The notes under the pieces: model-generated | Database searches by the model: none | Seen by the model: only the letters and a program-made list of their open reading frames with translations | What the model was told of the DNA's origin: nothing | NCBI GenBank assembly: GCA_034780895.1 | Contig: JAUZTB010000062.1 | Location: 15,097,262-15,161,261 of the forward strand | Direction: 5' to 3' | Source of the DNA: Rhynchobatus australiae | Taxonomy: Eukaryota | DNA: 64,000 nucleotides | Made by a program: the position numbers and the translations under genes | Part shown: positions 61,330 through 64,000 of the stretch, piece by piece | Layout: each line of letters begins with the position of its first letter | How positions within the stretch are numbered: position 1 is the first letter of the stretch

Positions 61330-62340
61330 TGTCTGTGATCTTTTTTGTGATGGTTTTCTATATGATAGATGCACATATTTAGCGTTGCTATTGCGTCTCA
61401 GCTCAGTAAGTTCTGTCAATGCACTACACCTACCGGCAGTTTGAAGGATATCAATCCAATATTACCTCTGGGGTCTTCTGTATATCCAGTTTTTCTCCAA
61501 GAATCGCACCAAACTGTATTCGTGGTAAATCCATCAGAGTGTCATCTCTCTGGCTCCATTGGTGCTCAGCCCATTGTCCTCAATATATGATTTCAAACCA
61601 CCTTTCCACCCTCATTTTCTCAATCCAACCCTTCTTATTGAAAATTTAATAATGTTAATCAAAATATTTCAAACCTCTGCCTGAGGGTACTTACATTGAT
61701 ATGATGAACACCCAAATCATCTATTACCTTGAATGTTCTGAGGTAAAGCAGGATCAGCAGTGTAGACAATATATCTACGATTCTTATCTCTTGTACCTTT
61801 TACCTGCCAAATTCTAAAGAACGTTGCTGAATTAATGGCGATTGCCTTGGACTTTTACAAAGGCTCTGATAGGATTTAGTTCCACGCATCTCCAAACAAG
61901 TTGCTACCATATGTCTATCGTTCATCTTACAACCGAAGCAATGTTAATACTTTTCCAGTTTCCTCTTAGAGCGCACTGTCTGTGATGTATTTGATGATCC
62001 CACCCATTATCCTTCTTTATCTGCTGGTCTTGCTGCACAAAACATCTGACCTCATGATCTCATGTACTCCCATCCACACCATTGCCACAGCTGCTCTGCA
62101 AACTCAGTCACTTCCTTTCAGAACAATTCTTGTTCATTCAAGAATTAAATACTTCTCATATTTTGGGGTGAACTTAAAGATACCGTGACAGGGTGCAATA
62201 AAGTTTTTTTTTCAACTGGAACACTATTCACTCACCTGTAGTTTCTGAGCTCTCTCCTATTCCAATAATAGAATGTTTTCAATGTCATTCTCAAAATGTT
62301 ATGCATTGTTCCTCCAAAACACTACACATTTCTTGTAAGG
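61330..62340 (+). mobile_element. Highly decayed non-LTR retrotransposon (CR1/Jockey-like) RT fragment
   Basis: IALDFYKGSDRI at ~61841 resembles the RT motif ALDISKAFDRV. The surrounding sequence is CpG-poor and pyrimidine-rich. Confidence 0.45.
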
Positions 62341-62651
62341 GGCTCTTTTCATTCCCAAATTATTGGCACTAGTTACCTTCCTTGCCCATCCTTCCAACAT
62401 TTTAAGACTTGGTTACCCATATTTAAACCCATAATTTACCTGTTTTCTTAAAAATCCTTTCCCATCTAGATGACCTCCTATCCTTGACCCAACAGGGGTT
62501 CTAATTTTGTTTTAAAATACCAGAAATGAGTCTATATGTAGTAAATTTCCGTATCATTGGTTCAAATAAAACGAGTTACTTCCCCCTGATGGCCGTTTAT
62601 TTCAAGGAAGTTGGCTGGTATTTTCTGTAAGGCTGTAGCACCTTCAGTAAA

Positions 62652-62764
62652 ATAACTGGTCGGTTAATCAGCTTTTGGTGATGCTGAATGAAGATAACCG
62701 GCCAGTTAATCTGTTTTTGGTGATCCTGATTGAAGATAACCGACCAGTTAATGGTGATGCTGAT
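62652..62764. repeat. 42-bp tandem repeat (~2.7 copies) inside a minus-strand DeuSINE-like relic (~62650-62940)
   Basis: Units start at 62652, 62694 and 62736 (ataacYggYcRgttaatcWgYttttggtgatSctgaWtgaag). Downstream cttggtttatttgacgtctcaatctaagggcag and ggagtggggc resemble the 6060-6430 SINE. Confidence 0.75.
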
Positions 62765-64000
62765 CTTCAGACGATACTAGATATCTTCAACGTGGACAAG
62801 AGACTTGGTTTATTTGACGTCTCAATCTAAGGGCAGTTCTCTATCACGGGAATTCTTTTTAAAAAACCGCTAAATCAACCCAGATTATGTGTTTTCTTTC
62901 TGGAGTGGGGCACTGATTTTATGACCAGACACCATTTGAGCAAGGTCACTTTGAGAGTTAGGGCGTATCTGTATTCCAATTGCCACGCATTGTGTGAATC
63001 TTCACTATTTATATTTCTGTTGTACGTGCCCGTCTAGAGTTTAAATATGCCCGTACTGCGTTTCACTGCACTCGGTACATCCACAATGGAAGTATTTGTA
63101 TATACCTACGGAGTGTATCCTTGCAGTCCGCTGGCGCAGCTGTGCACCACTCTTGCAAATAGGGACATCGATAAGAGCAAAAGAACATTGGGGGAAACAT
63201 CGGAAGGCGAAAGGCGAAAACATTAGTTTTGAAAACAATGCTAATACTCAATTAGCATCAAGCGTCAAATTTTAATAGTTGATGCACTTCGCCTCTGGAT
63301 AACTGATTGATCAGCCACTTGCACGTCGTATTTTCTGGGAGTAGCCGCGCATCACATCTTGGCAACATCGACCCTGACCTCAGAGATAATCTCGGTGGTT
63401 TTAATATTTTGCCAAATTTAAAGTTAATCTGGAGGCAGCAGACACCTGGAAGGACGGAGCATTCCTCACAAGGGGACGGAGTTCGACTTCTAACAATATA
63501 CACGCGATCTAAGACACACCAGAGTTGGTGTGAATCGCTACCTGCAGGAAAGGGGTGTTGTCAATGAACGAGAATTAGAAAATACACGTAAATATCCATA
63601 TCACCAAAAAAAAACAAAACATACAATGCAGATACGTGAATTTTATGTAGATGGTCTCCAATCTAATCGTACAGTTTCTGTTAAATTGTTTTTTAATGGA
63701 ATATTTCTATGTGGAACAAATCGAAATAGGGACTAGTAAAAAAAACATTATAAAAGCGATTCTGAATGCTGGAAATCAAGCAGGATTCAGGGAGATTCGG
63801 GGCTGGTTATTTTTTTCTGGCGAATCCGTTCATCGGGAGAGCTTCTACCCAGTGTGCTAATCCCGCTTCTCGTTCGGGTACTAAGCAATCCGTGATGCAT
63901 TTCTATCTTCCTCAACCTGAGAAGTGGATGGAAACTCGTTTTGTTCTAAATTTACTCATTTAGGCGAAGGCGAGATGATACGCCAGTGATGAACGATGAC

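Noticed and set aside
56000-64000. CBX8 exons expected downstream of CBX4
   Set aside because: I found no MELSAVGERVFAAE or other chromodomain-coding exon; the gene probably lies beyond the window.
1-64000. Prokaryotic-type systems (CRISPR arrays, operons, defence islands)
   Set aside because: The window is clearly vertebrate, with spliceosomal introns, LINEs and SINEs. No regularly spaced repeat-spacer array is present; the gap-flanking duplications are assembly artefacts.

Overview
Vertebrate genomic DNA, most likely from a cartilaginous fish (shark or ray), judging by the repeat families and a GPR139-like receptor fragment. It comes from a draft assembly with many N gaps, several flanked by duplicated sequence. 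Two conserved genes lie on the + strand. One is the last coding exon of TBC1D16 (5622-5861). The other is the five-exon Polycomb gene CBX4/Pc2 (49418-55318), whose last exon is broken by two assembly gaps. This order matches human TBC1D16-CBX4(-CBX8-CBX2) synteny; CBX8 is not visible in the window. The first ~36 kb is full of decayed CR1, RTE and Penelope-like retroelements and tRNA-derived SINEs. The last ~28 kb is repeat-poor, with broad CpG-retaining blocks around CBX4. The oddest local feature is the 3' part of a GPR139-like GPCR gene inside an RTE relic in the TBC1D16 intron, bracketed by an ~81-bp duplication; it is either a polymorphic insertion or a misassembly. Degenerate hammerhead-ribozyme-like cores occur in Penelope-derived repeats. 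I found no convincing evidence of a wholly new biological system. All gene and repeat identifications come from recalled sequence similarity, not database searches.
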